Source: the human T2T-CHM13v2.0 reference genome, Homo sapiens | Length of the DNA: 64,000 nucleotides | NCBI RefSeq assembly: GCF_009914755.1 | Contig: NC_060946.1 | Strand: one strand, 5' to 3' | Shown here: positions 19,818-35,190 of the stretch, in pieces | Numbering within the stretch: position 1 is the first letter of the stretch | How the letters are laid out: every line of letters begins with the position of its first letter | Notes under the pieces: model-generated | Database searches by the model: none | The model's input: only the letters and a program-made list of their open reading frames with translations | Told to the model about the DNA's origin: nothing | Position numbers and translations under genes: made by a program

Positions 19818-21389
19818 CCCTCTCTGGCTCTTTCCCTTTTGGGATTTTTCCCATTCTCTTCAGTGTTCAATTTTCATACATTTACTTTTATGTTTCCCCA
19901 GGCCAGAAAGAATGCAGAGTTTTGCACATGTGCCCCCAACCATTGCTGTGCACATCCACGTGCTACAATTAGTCCCAGGCTAAAAGCTACAGAGATGTGA
20001 ACCTACTTGTATAGCTCCCCATCTCCCTTCCTCCAAGTGAGGAGGTACTCCTCATCAGAGTCTGCGTCTGTTCACTCTCAAGCCCTTCAGGTGGTTGTTT
20101 TTTGTAGTATATCTAGGTTTTATGATTATTTACTATGGGGTACATAAGTGTGGGGGTCACCAAGTAGGGTCTTCGTCCATCTTACCCAGAAGTGGAAGTT
20201 TGTCATGAATTGGTCCGCAGAGCACTTTGAATAGTCCTGGCCTAAACCACTGTCTCAATGATGGCCCCATTCAGAATGGCATTTGCAAGTTTCTCTTCCA
20301 TAGTTTTCTACCAGATGTTTATAAGTGAGGTTCAATACCAGATAATGTCAAAACTAATAGAGGAATTCCCAGTTCAGGCAGAGGGAGCACAAAGTGCCAA
20401 TAATATCCAAATATTGTTTGGTACTGATTGACTTGACAAAGCTCATTTCACAAAAAACCGTTCTGGCTTTTACAGACTGTTCTCAATGGATTTCCCTTCT
20501 TTCCTGTCAATGGATTTTCTTTCTTTGCTGGCCTTTGACTTTCTGTGATCTTGGCTGCTGGGAAGTATAAGGCAGAGGAAGTCCTTAGGCAGGAGATAAA
20601 CCTGGGCCTGTTCCTACAGAGGTGGTCTTTTGAGAGTCCTGGGGTCACTAGTTGGGACAGCAGAAGGCAAAAGTCCCAGGTAGTGTTATGATGGTTTGGA
20701 GCAGAGCCATGTCATGAATATTTTAATTTTTTATTTTAAACCCTATGAGACATTGTTGCTTTATGATTGTTTTGTACTTTGGATGTTCATTTAGATGAAG
20801 CGGATGGTAAATACCATTCTCAGTCTTCTTTATTCCTTTCTGTGTCTCTCATCTTCCATCTGGGATTGTTTTTGTCTCTAATTCACACTCTTTTGTATTT
20901 CCTTTACCATGGATCTGTTGGCAGTTATTTTTATTTTTCAGCACATCCAAGATAGCATTCCACTATTTTGGTTTCCAGTGTTTCTGTGGAGGATACAGCT
21001 TACTGAATCCTCACTCCTTTAAAAATAAACTGTCTTTTTATTCCCCTGTGGCTTCTTATCAGATTTTGTCTTTGTCTTTTTGCATAACTTCACTAGATGT
21101 GAATATATGGTGTGTTTATATTTAGATGTCTTTTCGTGTATTCTGCTTTCTATTCATTGAGCTTCTTGAATCTGTGGTTTGGAATCTTTCATCAGTTTTG
21201 GCAGATTCTCAGCTATTCTCCTAGGTATTGCCTCTGTTACAATTACATGTGTTAGACTTTCTCAACTTATTTTCTGCATCTCTTAGCTCTTCTGTATTTT
21301 TTGTATTTTAATTTCTTCATTCTGGATAGTTTCTTTCTAAATCTTCCAGTTCATTTATTCTCTCTTTAGGTCTCTCTAACCTGTTTTAA

Positions 21390-21810
<421 letters not shown>

Positions 21811-23148
21811 GAATTATTTCTTTGAACATAGTAAACCTGTTGTGTCATTGCCATGTTCCATTCCAATAGCTTAAGTTTTTGTGGATCAGTTTCTGTTGTA
21901 TGTTGCTTCTGCTGGTTCTTATAATTTCTGGTTTCCCTGTAGAGTGAGTTATTTTTGTGTTGTTCACTCTATTTGAGAAGTATTTGTAGAAATAATTTGA
22001 TGCTTAGGATGGCACATTCTTCCAAAGATGGTTTTCATTTGCTTCTGTCATGTGTCTAAATGTGCCACCATTCTGGGTCTGTCTTAATCCCAATTCAGGT
22101 GTTTTGGTTCCTTGGATCAACCAGGTGACAAAGAGGTTTTTGAAATATTTCATTTGGGTTTAAAATAAAAGTTTTTCTCATTCAGAGGATAGCTTTAAAT
22201 AACTTGGCGTGACATTACCAGAAGTGAAGCTTTTTCTGTTTTATGAAGCTTCTTGTATAAGGCAGGGATTACATCTTTTCTCCATGTTTGGTAGAACCAT
22301 ATATAAAGTCAGCTGGTTTGAGGCTATATTTTGGTGCTTCATTTTCTGGAATGTATTTCCACCTTTGTTTGTCTAGTGCTCATACAATTATTTAAGATTC
22401 AGCTTACATGGTTTCTCTAGTTGTATTTCTTCATCTCTCCAGCTTCTTAGCTCTTTATACATCTTTTTTCTGACATGATTTATTATGCTATCTTATCAGT
22501 ATATATTTCTGTTTTCCTTTAATAGACTCAGAGGTTATTCATGACTAAGGTATTATATTATTCATCTTCATAAGACTAGGTTCTAATATAGTCCATGATA
22601 GATGCTCAAATCTTCTGGTTAAATTGAAATATGAAAAATAAAATGTAAAATGGATTGGTAACAATCATAAGGAATAGCTTAATAACTTTACAAATTACAT
22701 AAAAATAATTGATCCCCACAAGGCAACTATTACTAACATCAGAATCATCACCTCAAATACCGGTAGTCTATTGTCAGTCACTTATTACCAATTATATCTT
22801 GACCGTACTCACGATTTCCTACGTGTTTCCTACTGTTTCTCATTTGCCCAACTACCTAACAGCTTTTGATCTCCTTGCCCACTTCGTTCTTTCTACTTTC
22901 TCACTTTTACACCACACAGTTCGCTGTTAACACGTATTGAACTAAGCTAAATATATGACAGACTCTGAATTGACTATCATCAAATCTTCCCAACAATTTA
23001 ATTAAATAGGTGCTATTACTATTCCATTTTACAAATGAAAAAAAAAAGGCTTAAAGAGATGGTTACTTGTCCAAGTTCAGGTGCTAAGAGATAAAAGAGG
23101 GATTCACATCACCCAGGTCTGTCTGACTCCAGAGCTCATGTTCTTTAC

Positions 23149-23372
23149 CAGAAGTTGGCAAACCTTTTCTAAAAAGAACCATATAGTTAATATTTTAGGC
23201 TTTGGAGGCCATACAGTCTCTGTAGCAACAAGTCAATTCTGCCACTTTAGTGCCAAAATAGCCACAGAGAATATGTAAATGAATGACTATGACAGTTTCT
23301 AACACAATTTTATTTACGAAAATAGGTGGCGGGAAGAGTTTGGCTCATAGGTGATAGTGTGCCAATCCCTGC
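23149..23372 (-). mobile_element. MER58A-like MITE
   Basis: ttggcaaaccttttct...tattttaggcttt...gtgccaatccctg. Confidence 0.75.
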
Positions 23373-23650
23373 TCTGAACAAGTACACTACTCTGTTATTT
23401 TTTTCTCCTTTTTCTCAATCTCCAGAGTTTTCCATTCAACAGATATTGATAGCATTGCTTCTAAGCACAGGGCTGGGATGAAGATGAGAAAATCCCTGCC
23501 TTGAGGGACCTCAGATGTGGAAGAGGAGGGCATAAACACACATCTATAGCACAGGCTGACTATGGAAAGTCAGTGCCAAAAGAGAGGCACAGGCTGACCA
23601 GAGATTCTTCTGAAGAACACATGAGATCTTGTGGAGTTGGTGATATATGA

Positions 23651-24070
<420 letters not shown>

Positions 24071-24677
24071 TCATCTTCTATTCTCTTTACCAGTATTCAC
24101 TTACTTCCTCTTTCTTTTCCTTGCCAAAATCATATGCACTTTGGTCCAAATCTGTTTTTGCCTTGCACCTCATCTACTTTCTTCTCTGATTTTCTTTTTT
24201 GCCTTCCTTCCTTTTCTTTTCTTTGTATTTACTTCCTTCTTGATTACTGAGTCATTGCTGATTCAATTCTTCTGCAGTGGGCTCAAGGTACAAATTTATA
24301 TCACAAATTTCATTTGAAGTCGAATTCACGTACATCAACATGGTGGCATGTTCATCTGGTTTGTCTAAGTCAAACAGCTATATAACATTAACAATGTCAT
24401 TTAGCCCTAGTGAAATATTAACTTGATTCTGTCAATTCAGTCAAGGTTGAAATCCTCTAGTCGATTTTGGGCAGTCAATAACATCCACTGTTTGACCAGT
24501 TTAATTTCCTTTCGTTTCTCTTATGCGTATTTCTACTTTTTGTCTGTCCTGTTAATCTCTCTGTTTTAATCTTTTCCCTTATAATTTTTCTTCTTTTTCC
24601 ATCAGCCTCCTTTTCTGTACTTTTTGGATTATTGCACTTCTTCTAGAGGCATGCTATCTCCTTTCTCCTTTCTGCAG

Positions 24678-25021
<344 letters not shown>

Positions 25022-25463
25022 TCTGCTGATATAGTTAAAAAGATTCTTTGTTCATTAATTCAACTTTTATTGAGCAATTACCACATAGTAGGTCTTTTTC
25101 TAGGTGCTGGGCTGGAGATACAAAAATAACCAAAAGAGACAAAAATCTCTACCCTTGTAGAGCTTACATTCTAGTAGTAAGTGAAATAGATAAGCAACAA
25201 TAAACAAAATAGAAAAGTAAGTTATATATCAAGTATTAAGTGCTATGCGGAAAATTCCTGGGGATCAGGAATTTGGGTAGCCTGTTACAATTTTAAATAG
25301 ATTGATCAGGAAGGTTGTTAAAAGATCATTTGAACAGGTAGTTGAAGGAAATAAGGAAGCAAGTCATGGAGATGTTTGTGAGGAGTTGTTCTATACAAAA
25401 ACAAAAACAAAAACACCAGCATATACAAACTCCTAAGGCAGGAGAGTTCTTTTCCTGGTGGAG

Positions 25464-26246
25464 TTATGGGATTTAAAAAAAAAAAAGGAAAAACAAAACT
25501 TTATCTGAGGAATATGATCTCCTTTAAATGATCGGGCCTAGAGAAGCATTGGAATGAAACACCAATCATGTCTCTCCTCCTTGAGCTGAATACTTACCTC
25601 TTTTCAAAAGGAATTATTACTATTTTTTAAAGACAGGGTCTCTCTCTATTACCCAGGCTGGACTGCAGTGGTGTGGTAATAGCTCACTGAGGCCTTCAAC
25701 TCCTAGGCTCAATGAATCCTCCCATTTCAGCCTCTGGAGTAGCTGGGACTATTGCCATGTACCACCATGCCTAATTTTTTAAAAATTTTTTCGTAGAGAT
25801 GGGGGGTCTCACACTATGTTGTGCAGGCTGGTCTCAGACTCCTGGGCTCAAGCAATCCTCCTGCCTCAGCCACCCAAAGCACTGAGACTACAGGCATGAG
25901 CCACCATGCCTGGCCTAATTACCTCTTGAAGCCACATTCTATTTGGCCTCTAGACGAACTGATGTCAACTAGCTACACAATGGCATACAATCTATAGTTC
26001 AACATTGTACAGCCAATCATTAACCAACATTATTTCTTAAACCAATGAGAATTCATGACAAACAACCTTTTAAATCACCCTCTCTCCTGATTCGTCCTTT
26101 TTTCTTTAAAAAGTTGAGCTTCTCTTTCGTTCTCCAGAGCACTCCCCAAGGCAACTTGGATGTGTGTCCTGGACTGCAATGCTCACGTTGGCCCAAATAA
26201 ACTCTTTATATTGATTTTACCTCAGCTTATTCCTTTTAAATAGACA
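25464..26246 (+). mobile_element. ERV1 MER4-group solo LTR (LTR47/MER72-like) containing an antisense AluJ (25620-25915), set inside an L2
   Basis: aactttatctgaggaat start, CCAAT boxes, cccaaataaactct polyA region, ..tagaca end. Confidence 0.65.
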
Positions 26247-26604
26247 GAGGACAATAAGGAGGTCAGTATGGCTGAAGCACAATGGAAGAGGAAGAGGCTA
26301 GTAGATGTGGTTAGAGCCCACAGGGGCTGGAGGTGATGGCGAAGGAGGAGGCAGGTCATTTAGGGGCTTTTCTATTGGAAGAACTTGGCTTTTACTCTGA
26401 GTGAAATGGAAATCCCTTAGAGGGTTTTGGGCAGAGTTAAATGTTGAAATATTTTTTAAACGATCTAAAACGTAAGGAAGCAAGAGCAGAGGCCAAAAGA
26501 CCAATCAGGAATATATTACAATATTCCAGGCAAGAAGTATGAATATTATAGGGAATGTTTTTCTGGGAATGTTACATTTGAGAATAAGAAAACTAAAGGC
26601 CAGG

Positions 26605-27409
<805 letters not shown>

Positions 27410-28059
27410 TAAAAGCGCCATGTTATAAGCACACTCCTACCCTCCAAGCAGAATGTAAAGGGTATGTATTTATATATTTTAAGTGGTCCCACAGCAATTT
27501 GTACAGTTATAGCAGTTCACAACTATACTCAGTTATGTTTGCTTCTCTCCTTCTCAATAGTCTGTGAGGTTCCTTCAGGTTTGGAACTGTCTTTTATTAA
27601 TCTTTACATCTCCAGCACCTAGCGCAGGGCTTAGCAACAATTTTTGTTGAAAGTATATACACTGTAATAAAGGGCAGTGGAAAGAAAATATGTGAGTTAT
27701 CAACACCAGCTAGAGAAGCCTTGTCTGATTCCTGTGAAATATATTCATTTCCCTTAGGAAAAAAAACAATTCTAACCCTATTGCTGTGTAACTTAGCTTC
27801 TTGACTTCGAACGGTATTTTAAGGCTTTGAGGAGCTGGAGCAATGTATACTCACTAGAGGCAAAGTGCCTGGTAAGTGGTCTGGTATTGATCAGCAATGA
27901 TCAGTAAGTACTGGGAAGTGCGTTTTCAGGGCCTGAGACTTGCAAGCTAGTGACAGACCGCTCCAGCTTCCAGTGGACCCGGGCGGGGGCACTGATCAAC
28001 CCACTTGAGCAGTGGGATCAAGGTCTTCAGCCTTAGCAGTGGGAGCCTCTGCCCGGCCC

Positions 28060-28455
28060 CCTTCGTTCCCGAGACCCTCAGTCAGCGTCTCCTCCCAAGA
28101 GGGTCCCCTCCACCCAGAATGTCCTCCCCTGGGGGAGACCACTCTGTCTGCGGGCCCCCTCCCACAGGAGGGCCCCTCTTCCTCAAGGTGAACCTCTGTC
28201 CCCGATACCCGCTCCCAAGACCGAGACCTTGTTACGGCCCCACCCTCCACAGGCCCCTTACCCCCCGGATCCCCTCCCCTGGGGGAGACCCCTCTGTCCG
28301 CGGGCACCCTCCTATAGGACGCGCCCCTCTTTCTCAGGGTGAACCTCTGGTTCCCGATACCCGCTCCCAAGACCGAGACCCTGTTACGGCCACATCAACA
28401 CAGGTCCCCCTCCCCCCGGCGTCCCCTCCCCTCGGAGGAGCCCCGTCTGCGACGC
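28060..28455. repeat. Tandem duplication with a 150-bp period (2 good copies plus degenerate flanks)
   Basis: GGGGGAGACC at 28131 and 28281. CCCGATACCCGCTCCCAAGACCGAGACC is exact in both copies. Confidence 0.9.
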
Positions 28456-28790
28456 TTCCCAGTCAATCACCCCCAGCATCCCTCCCCGCTCTCACCCAGA
28501 ACTTCCGCCGCGCCCCCTCCCCTCAGGCGGGACTTCCGCCGGCGCCCCCTCCCCCGCGGCGCCGTCTCCTCCTCCCGCCTGAGGCGAGTCTGGGCTCAGC
28601 CTAGAGCTCTCCGGCGGCGGCGCAGCTTCAGGGCAGCGCGGGCTGCAGCGGCGGCGGCGGTTAGGGCTGTGTAGGGCGAGGCCTCCCCCTTCCTCCTCGC
28701 CATCCTACTCCTCCCTCCTCGTCATCCTCCCCCTTCGTCCTCCTCGCCTTCCTCCTCCTCGTCAGGCTCGACCCAGCTGTGAGCGGCAAG

Positions 28791-28906
28791 ATGGCGGCGC
28801 CCAGGCCGCCGCCTGCCAGGCTGTCGGGCGTCATGGTGCCGGCGCCCATCCAAGACCTGGAGGCCCTGCGCGCGCTCACGGCGCTCTTCAAAGAGCAGCG
28901 GAACCG
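28791..28906 (+). CDS. ATXN10: Ataxin-10 exon 1 coding part (MAAPRPPPARLSGVMVPAPIQDLEALRALTALFKEQRN-R), 116 nt
   Basis: ATG in strong Kozak context (aagATGg) inside a CpG island. Recognised ataxin-10 N-terminus. Donor CCG|GTAACG, phase 2, continues in frame into exon 2. Confidence 0.97.
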
Positions 28907-30284
28907 GTAACGGGTCCGGCCGGGGGGCTGCCCCGGGCAGGGGAGGGCGGCCGGGACTCCCGCGGCGGCCCCGGCCTGGACCCAGGCGCCGCCCCCGCCT
29001 CGCTGGAGACGCGGAGGGCGAGGCCTGCGCGGGCTGCCTGAGCGCCACCCAGGCCTCCCGACTCCCAGGCACCGCCTCGTGCTCGTGGGTCCCCGCGGGG
29101 CCTGGGGCGGGCGCCCCGCTCCCCCACCGCAGCCAGTCCGGGTGCGAAGCCGCGATCCCGGGAGCCCTTGCCGCGGCGTGCCGGTGATGTTGACCCAACA
29201 CACGGTTAGGCCTCCCCTGTCATGTGCGAGGGCTGCGCCAGGCCCTGGCTGCAAGACCCACGCGGCCCCCAGAGTCATAAAGCGTGTGTTTTAGCGGGAG
29301 AGACCCGTGTTACGGACGCGGGAATTGGGCAGTTGCGGGGATGGCAGTCTCTAGGCATGGAGTGGGACTGGCACTCCTTTCTCCTCGGCGTTAGAGCCCA
29401 GGCTGCACCATCTGCCCTGGGGGCAGCGCTCTGTGCAGTGTGGAAGAGCACGGGCCTGGAGAGACCAGTCCAGTCCTGATGCCACTGAGGGGCAAGATAG
29501 CCAGGCAAAAAGAGAAGGTGCCCAGGAGTCGACAGTTGTGGATTTGGTTCCTGGCCTTGCAAGCTGCGTGTTACTGTGCAGTTTCTCCAGGCCTTAGAAT
29601 TCTTGTCTAAAAATGGGACTATAATACACAGCTTAGTTGCTGGATTGTACAGAGGAATAAATGAAATAAAGTACGTGAAAATATAAAATGTGCGAAGCCC
29701 TCAGTCAATGCTTGTTTGATCTTGTTCTGTCCTCTGGGCCTCAGTTTTCTTGTCTATTTAATGGGAGTAAAGTTGAACAGTACCTCCCTGGTGATAGTGT
29801 CATAAGGAGTAAATGAGATATAATGCATATTAAATCCTTAGGACATACCTGTACATAGCACTAAATGTAGCTGATATTATCACTTAACACATTGATTGGT
29901 AGTTACCCATGTATCAGCTATTGTGCTAGGTGATGGGGTAGGAAAATGGAAAGTCCTTGCTCTCTCCTGTACTAGTATGTACAAGATAACACAGCTGTGG
30001 GGGTATGTATGTACAAAGCAGAGGGAACATTGAAGAAAGAAATACTGAGACTTGGGTCAGCCTAGGTGATCACTAGAGGACTTCCTCTCTTTAAACTAGA
30101 CACCTGGTCTGAGCACTTCCTTTACCTCACATCACTTTGGGAAATGTGGAGCTGCTGAAGGAATGCTATTAATAAAAGTCCCTGGTACTGCTCTATGGGC
30201 CTTTGGGGGAGATGTATTTATTGATTTAATGCTTAGGCATTTCTGTATCATGATGGACCCTCCTTTTAGTTAATAACCCAGTCA

Positions 30285-31060
30285 TCAACCATTTATTGAG
30301 CACCTACTATGAAACAGATTTTTTTGTTGGGGTCTGAGGGTACAGAGAGGAATGATGTGAGTGATCCCTTTTATCAGGCATATTTGGGAAATAGCTAAAT
30401 AAACACATTGTAATGGAAATCTATACAAGAGGTGGTGGCACAGGGGAGCATGTGGATATGTTGGAAGATTGGCGAGCCAGGAGAGGCTTTTTAAGGTTAT
30501 TTCAGGTGCTCGGTTATAGATGAGAGGACTAGAGGGAACAGTGTCTGCAAAGGGGCCATATGTTAATTTTGCAAAACCGATGAGACAATTAAGTAACATA
30601 GATAAGGTTTCTCGTACAGAAGAGACATTTAGTCAGACATCAGTTCCCTTTTTATAACTTGGAGAAAATCCAAGCCCCTGAGCCAGTTTAGAAGGCCCTT
30701 CTTGACTCTATCTCTTGTGAGGGAAGAAGTTACAGAGAACCATTGATGGTTTTTGTCAAGGGAGTGGCGCGATAAGATCTGCCTGTTAGATCTTCCTGGC
30801 CGCCTCCGCCTCCATTGTGGGGAATAAATGAGAGGACGAAGCTAGAGACAGGGGGGACCTTTAAGGAGTGGTAGCGGAAGCCCATGTGAAAGAGAAAAGT
30901 GCCTAAATTAGGACATTGTGGGGATGAGTAGAATAAATACTGAGAGATACAAGGTTGAATGGACAGGACTCGGACCAGTTGGATTGTGGGGGGGAGAATG
31001 AGGAAATGAGGATGCTTCCCAGATTTCATCTGAGTTCTGGGACAGTGTCCTTGTTCCAGG
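30285..31060 (-). mobile_element. L2 fragment
   Basis: catcaaccatttattgagcacctactatg L2 3' terminus. Confidence 0.65.
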
Positions 31061-32030
31061 CAGAGATTGGAGACCAGGAAAGGTGAACTGATGTGCAGGT
31101 CCTGGCATGGAAAGACACAGTTGTGTGGTGGTGCAGAGAACTCATGATCAGGGTTTATAAGGACAGGCTTCTGGTCCTGGTTCTGTCACTGCTTCTCTTT
31201 GTCTTTGGACAAATTATAAGGGTCTTGTGGGGCTGGGCCCAGACTCCTGCTCCTCTGAGAGGATCCCTCCAGTTCTGATGCTCAGGGAGCCAGTGTTTGT
31301 CCTTGGGGGTCTCCTCTTCAGAGAGGACATAGGGCTGTTGTCTAGTATGAACAGGAACACAGATGGATCCAGGGGGAGGATGGGCCAAGGTGTTAGAAGG
31401 TGGACGAGACAAAAAGCCAGGCAAAATGAGTCCTCAGTGTAGCAAATAGAAAACAGCAGACAAAAAGCAAAAACAGTGAGGAAAGTAATTAAGAGATTCT
31501 TCTCTTTTGGTGGAATACATTATTTCTCTAGGATTCCATTTTATATTTGAAGAATCATAGACATAATGTAGTTGGTGGTCCTTCTGAGCTCTTCCATGCT
31601 ACAAAACAAACTTCTGTCAGTGGTAGCTTGAGTAATAGAAGTGTCATGCAGTGGGAAGAGCAGTGGCTTTGGAACCATGGAGACCTGGATGTGAATCCTG
31701 GTTTAGTTTGTGAGGCTTCTTGTTTCTTTCCTTGAAAACGGGATGATGGTAGCCACTTTGACAGATTATTTTGAGGATCTGTAATATTATATGTGTAGCA
31801 TAGTGGTTTATGCATAGTAAATGCCATTTATTTAGGACCTGTTATTAAAATATAACAAGGTTGTAAGTGACCAAGAATCCATTTGTGTTGAATCTCCTGT
31901 CTTATCAGAAACAAAAATTGCAGCTATTTCAGGAAGACAGTTCTAATTTTGGGGTTTCCGGAGAAGGGGATCTCAGGATCTCATTACAATTTTAGCAGCC
32001 CCCAAGTGAAAAGAAATTCTTACATCCCAT

Positions 32031-32510
32031 TGTGGGAATTTTAAATATGTCCACAAATTCTTTGATACTCTGACCTTCTCAAGAGGAGGAGGTTAATTCT
32101 TTTCTCCTTGAGTGTGGGCTGAACTTAGTGACTTGCTCCTGAAGAGTAGAATATGGTAGAAGTGACAGTGTGCGACTTCTCAGACTAGGTCATAAAAAGC
32201 ATCGTAGTTTCCTCTTTGCTAGCTCTTTCTTGAATCACCCACTCTGACAAAGCCAGCTGCCATGTCATGAGGACACTCAAGCATCCATATGCAGAGAGCT
32301 GTGTGGTGAGGAGCTGAGGCCTCCTTTGAACAGCCATGTGATGAACTACCTTGGAAGCAGGTCCTCTGAGCTCCAGTCACATCCTCAGCCACGTGTGCAA
32401 CCTCATGAGACACCCTAAGCCTCTCAGATCTGTGTGAGATCATAAATGTTATTGTTTTAAAATGCTAAATTTTGGGCTAATTTGCTATGTAGCAATACAT
32501 CATTAATACA
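32031..32510 (+). mobile_element. MLT1F-like MaLR LTR
   Basis: tgtgggctgaacttagtgacttgc...agccagctgccatgt...taataca. Confidence 0.8.
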
Positions 32511-32903
32511 CCAGTCTTAATTCTCCATGCTGTGGATTAAATGCATTCTGTAACCCACTTCTTAAACAGTGTCTTGGTCACTAAAATAATTTAAACATAT
32601 TGCTTATGGTCATATAATATCAGTATTGAGATATTCCTCAGCTGTTTCTTCTCTGTGTAAGATAATTCTTTTTTCTCACATTTGTTTTATACTTTTTGTT
32701 TAATGTAGATATCACCGTATTTCACATTTGTTTAACAAGTGATTTATCTTGCTGTGAGTCTTTGCAAGTCATGTTAAATTCTTTCTGAACAAGTAAGACA
32801 AACATTTAAAATTCTATTTTAGTTGCTCCTTTAATTATTTTTCTTTTTTTTTTCCGAGACAGGGCCTCACTTTGTCATCCAGGTTGGAGTGCATTTTTTC
32901 TAG

Positions 32904-33041
<138 letters not shown>

Positions 33042-33099
33042 TGAGGCATCTCCAGACCCCACAAAGTGTAGAGCCAGGTGAGATGGGTTGTCATACTCC

Positions 33100-33820
<721 letters not shown>

Positions 33821-34249
33821 CTTCTGTAGTAAGTTTTCTATAGGGGAGATTGTATTTTGACTCTTGAGTATTCTTGAAATAATGGAACATTTGGATGCTG
33901 CTTTCTATAAATTCATCTCATACTTAAACTGATACCTCATTGGTCTTCCACCTGATGAGCTTCTTGAATGAAGTGGGCACATCACATTCACTGTATGCCT
34001 GGCATCTAGCATAGAGTTGATAGTGGCAGATGCTTATCAGTTTCTTGTGGAGTTGCTGCTATTTCTATAACTTATTACTCATTGCACTTGCTTGGTCTTT
34101 TTCTTAGTCGTGTAGACAGTAATTTTTTTTTTCAGCTTCTATCAGTATAGCTCATTTTTTCTCTTCAATCTGCTTAGACAAAATGAGGTTTTCGTTGGTG
34201 TTTAATTTAAAAATTAAAAAAAAATTCAGGCCAAAAGGTCTTAAAAAAA

Positions 34250-35190
34250 AAAAAAAGAAAAGGCAAGTCCTGGACTTAGAGAAGTATTTAAAATATATAT
34301 GATAAAGAAGTTGTTTCAGAATATATGAAGTACTCCTACCTACAACTCAATAAAAAAGACTCCTACAACTCAATTTAAAAATTGGGCAAAATCTGTGCTT
34401 TACAAAGAAAAATAAAGGCCAATAAGCGTATGATAAAGTGCTCCAAATCATTAGTTATTAGGGAAATGCAGTTAAAACTTCAGTGAGAGACTACTGCATG
34501 CCGTTTAGGATGGCTATTATCCAAAAAATGGAAAAGAACAAGTATCGTTGAGGATGTGGGGAAATGGGAACCCTTGTGTGTTGCTAGTGGACATGTAAAG
34601 TGGTGCTGCTACTATGGAAAATAATTTGGTGGGTCCTCAAAAAGCTAAACATGGAATATGACCAAGCAGTTTTACTCTTAGGTATGTGCCCGAAGAAAAT
34701 GAAAAAGGACAAATTCTGTATGATTCTGCTTTTATGAAGTACCTAGAACAGACAAACTTGTAGAGACAGAAAGTAGATTAGAGGTTACTAGGATTTGGAG
34801 AGAGGGGAAATTGGGAGTTACTGCTTCATGTTTACAGAGTTTCTATTTGGGTGTTAAAAAAAATTTTGGAAGTAGAGGTGATAGTTGTACAACATTGTGA
34901 ATATAATTAAAGCCATTGAACTGTAGACTTAAAATGAACAACATGGCAAATTTTATGTTATATATATGTATTTTACCACAGTTAAAAAAATTAATAATAC
35001 AATGTACCAAAATCCATTTAATTGTACGCTTTAAGTGGGTGACTTTAGTGTGCCACGTGAACCCTATCTCAATAGTGCTGTTATAAACAAATCCATAGTA
35101 AGGTACCTCTGCATCCCTATTAGAATGGCTATAATGAAAATGAGTGACACTGAATTTTGGTGGGCATGTGAAGCTATATATTTATGATTT
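34250..35190 (+). mobile_element. L1M 3' fragments
   Basis: attagggaaatgca; gtagagacagaaagtagattagaggtt. Confidence 0.75.

Larger units (their letters stand above)
27950..29400 (+). promoter_or_regulatory. ATXN10: ATXN10 CpG-island, TATA-less promoter, 5'UTR and start of intron 1
   Basis: Very GC- and CpG-rich. Two ACTTCCGCC ETS-type motifs (28501, 28532), GC boxes, and a YY1 consensus over the ATG. The TSS cannot be fixed from sequence (about 28500-28600). Confidence 0.9.

Noticed and set aside
28833-28835. Second in-frame ATG (Met15) as an alternative start
   Set aside because: The first ATG already has optimal -3A/+4G context; nothing indicates leaky scanning.
27996-29294. Long P/G/R/A-rich ORFs on both strands of the promoter
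   Set aside because: Stop-poor GC-rich DNA, mostly non-ATG starts; the peptide repeats come from the 150-bp duplication.
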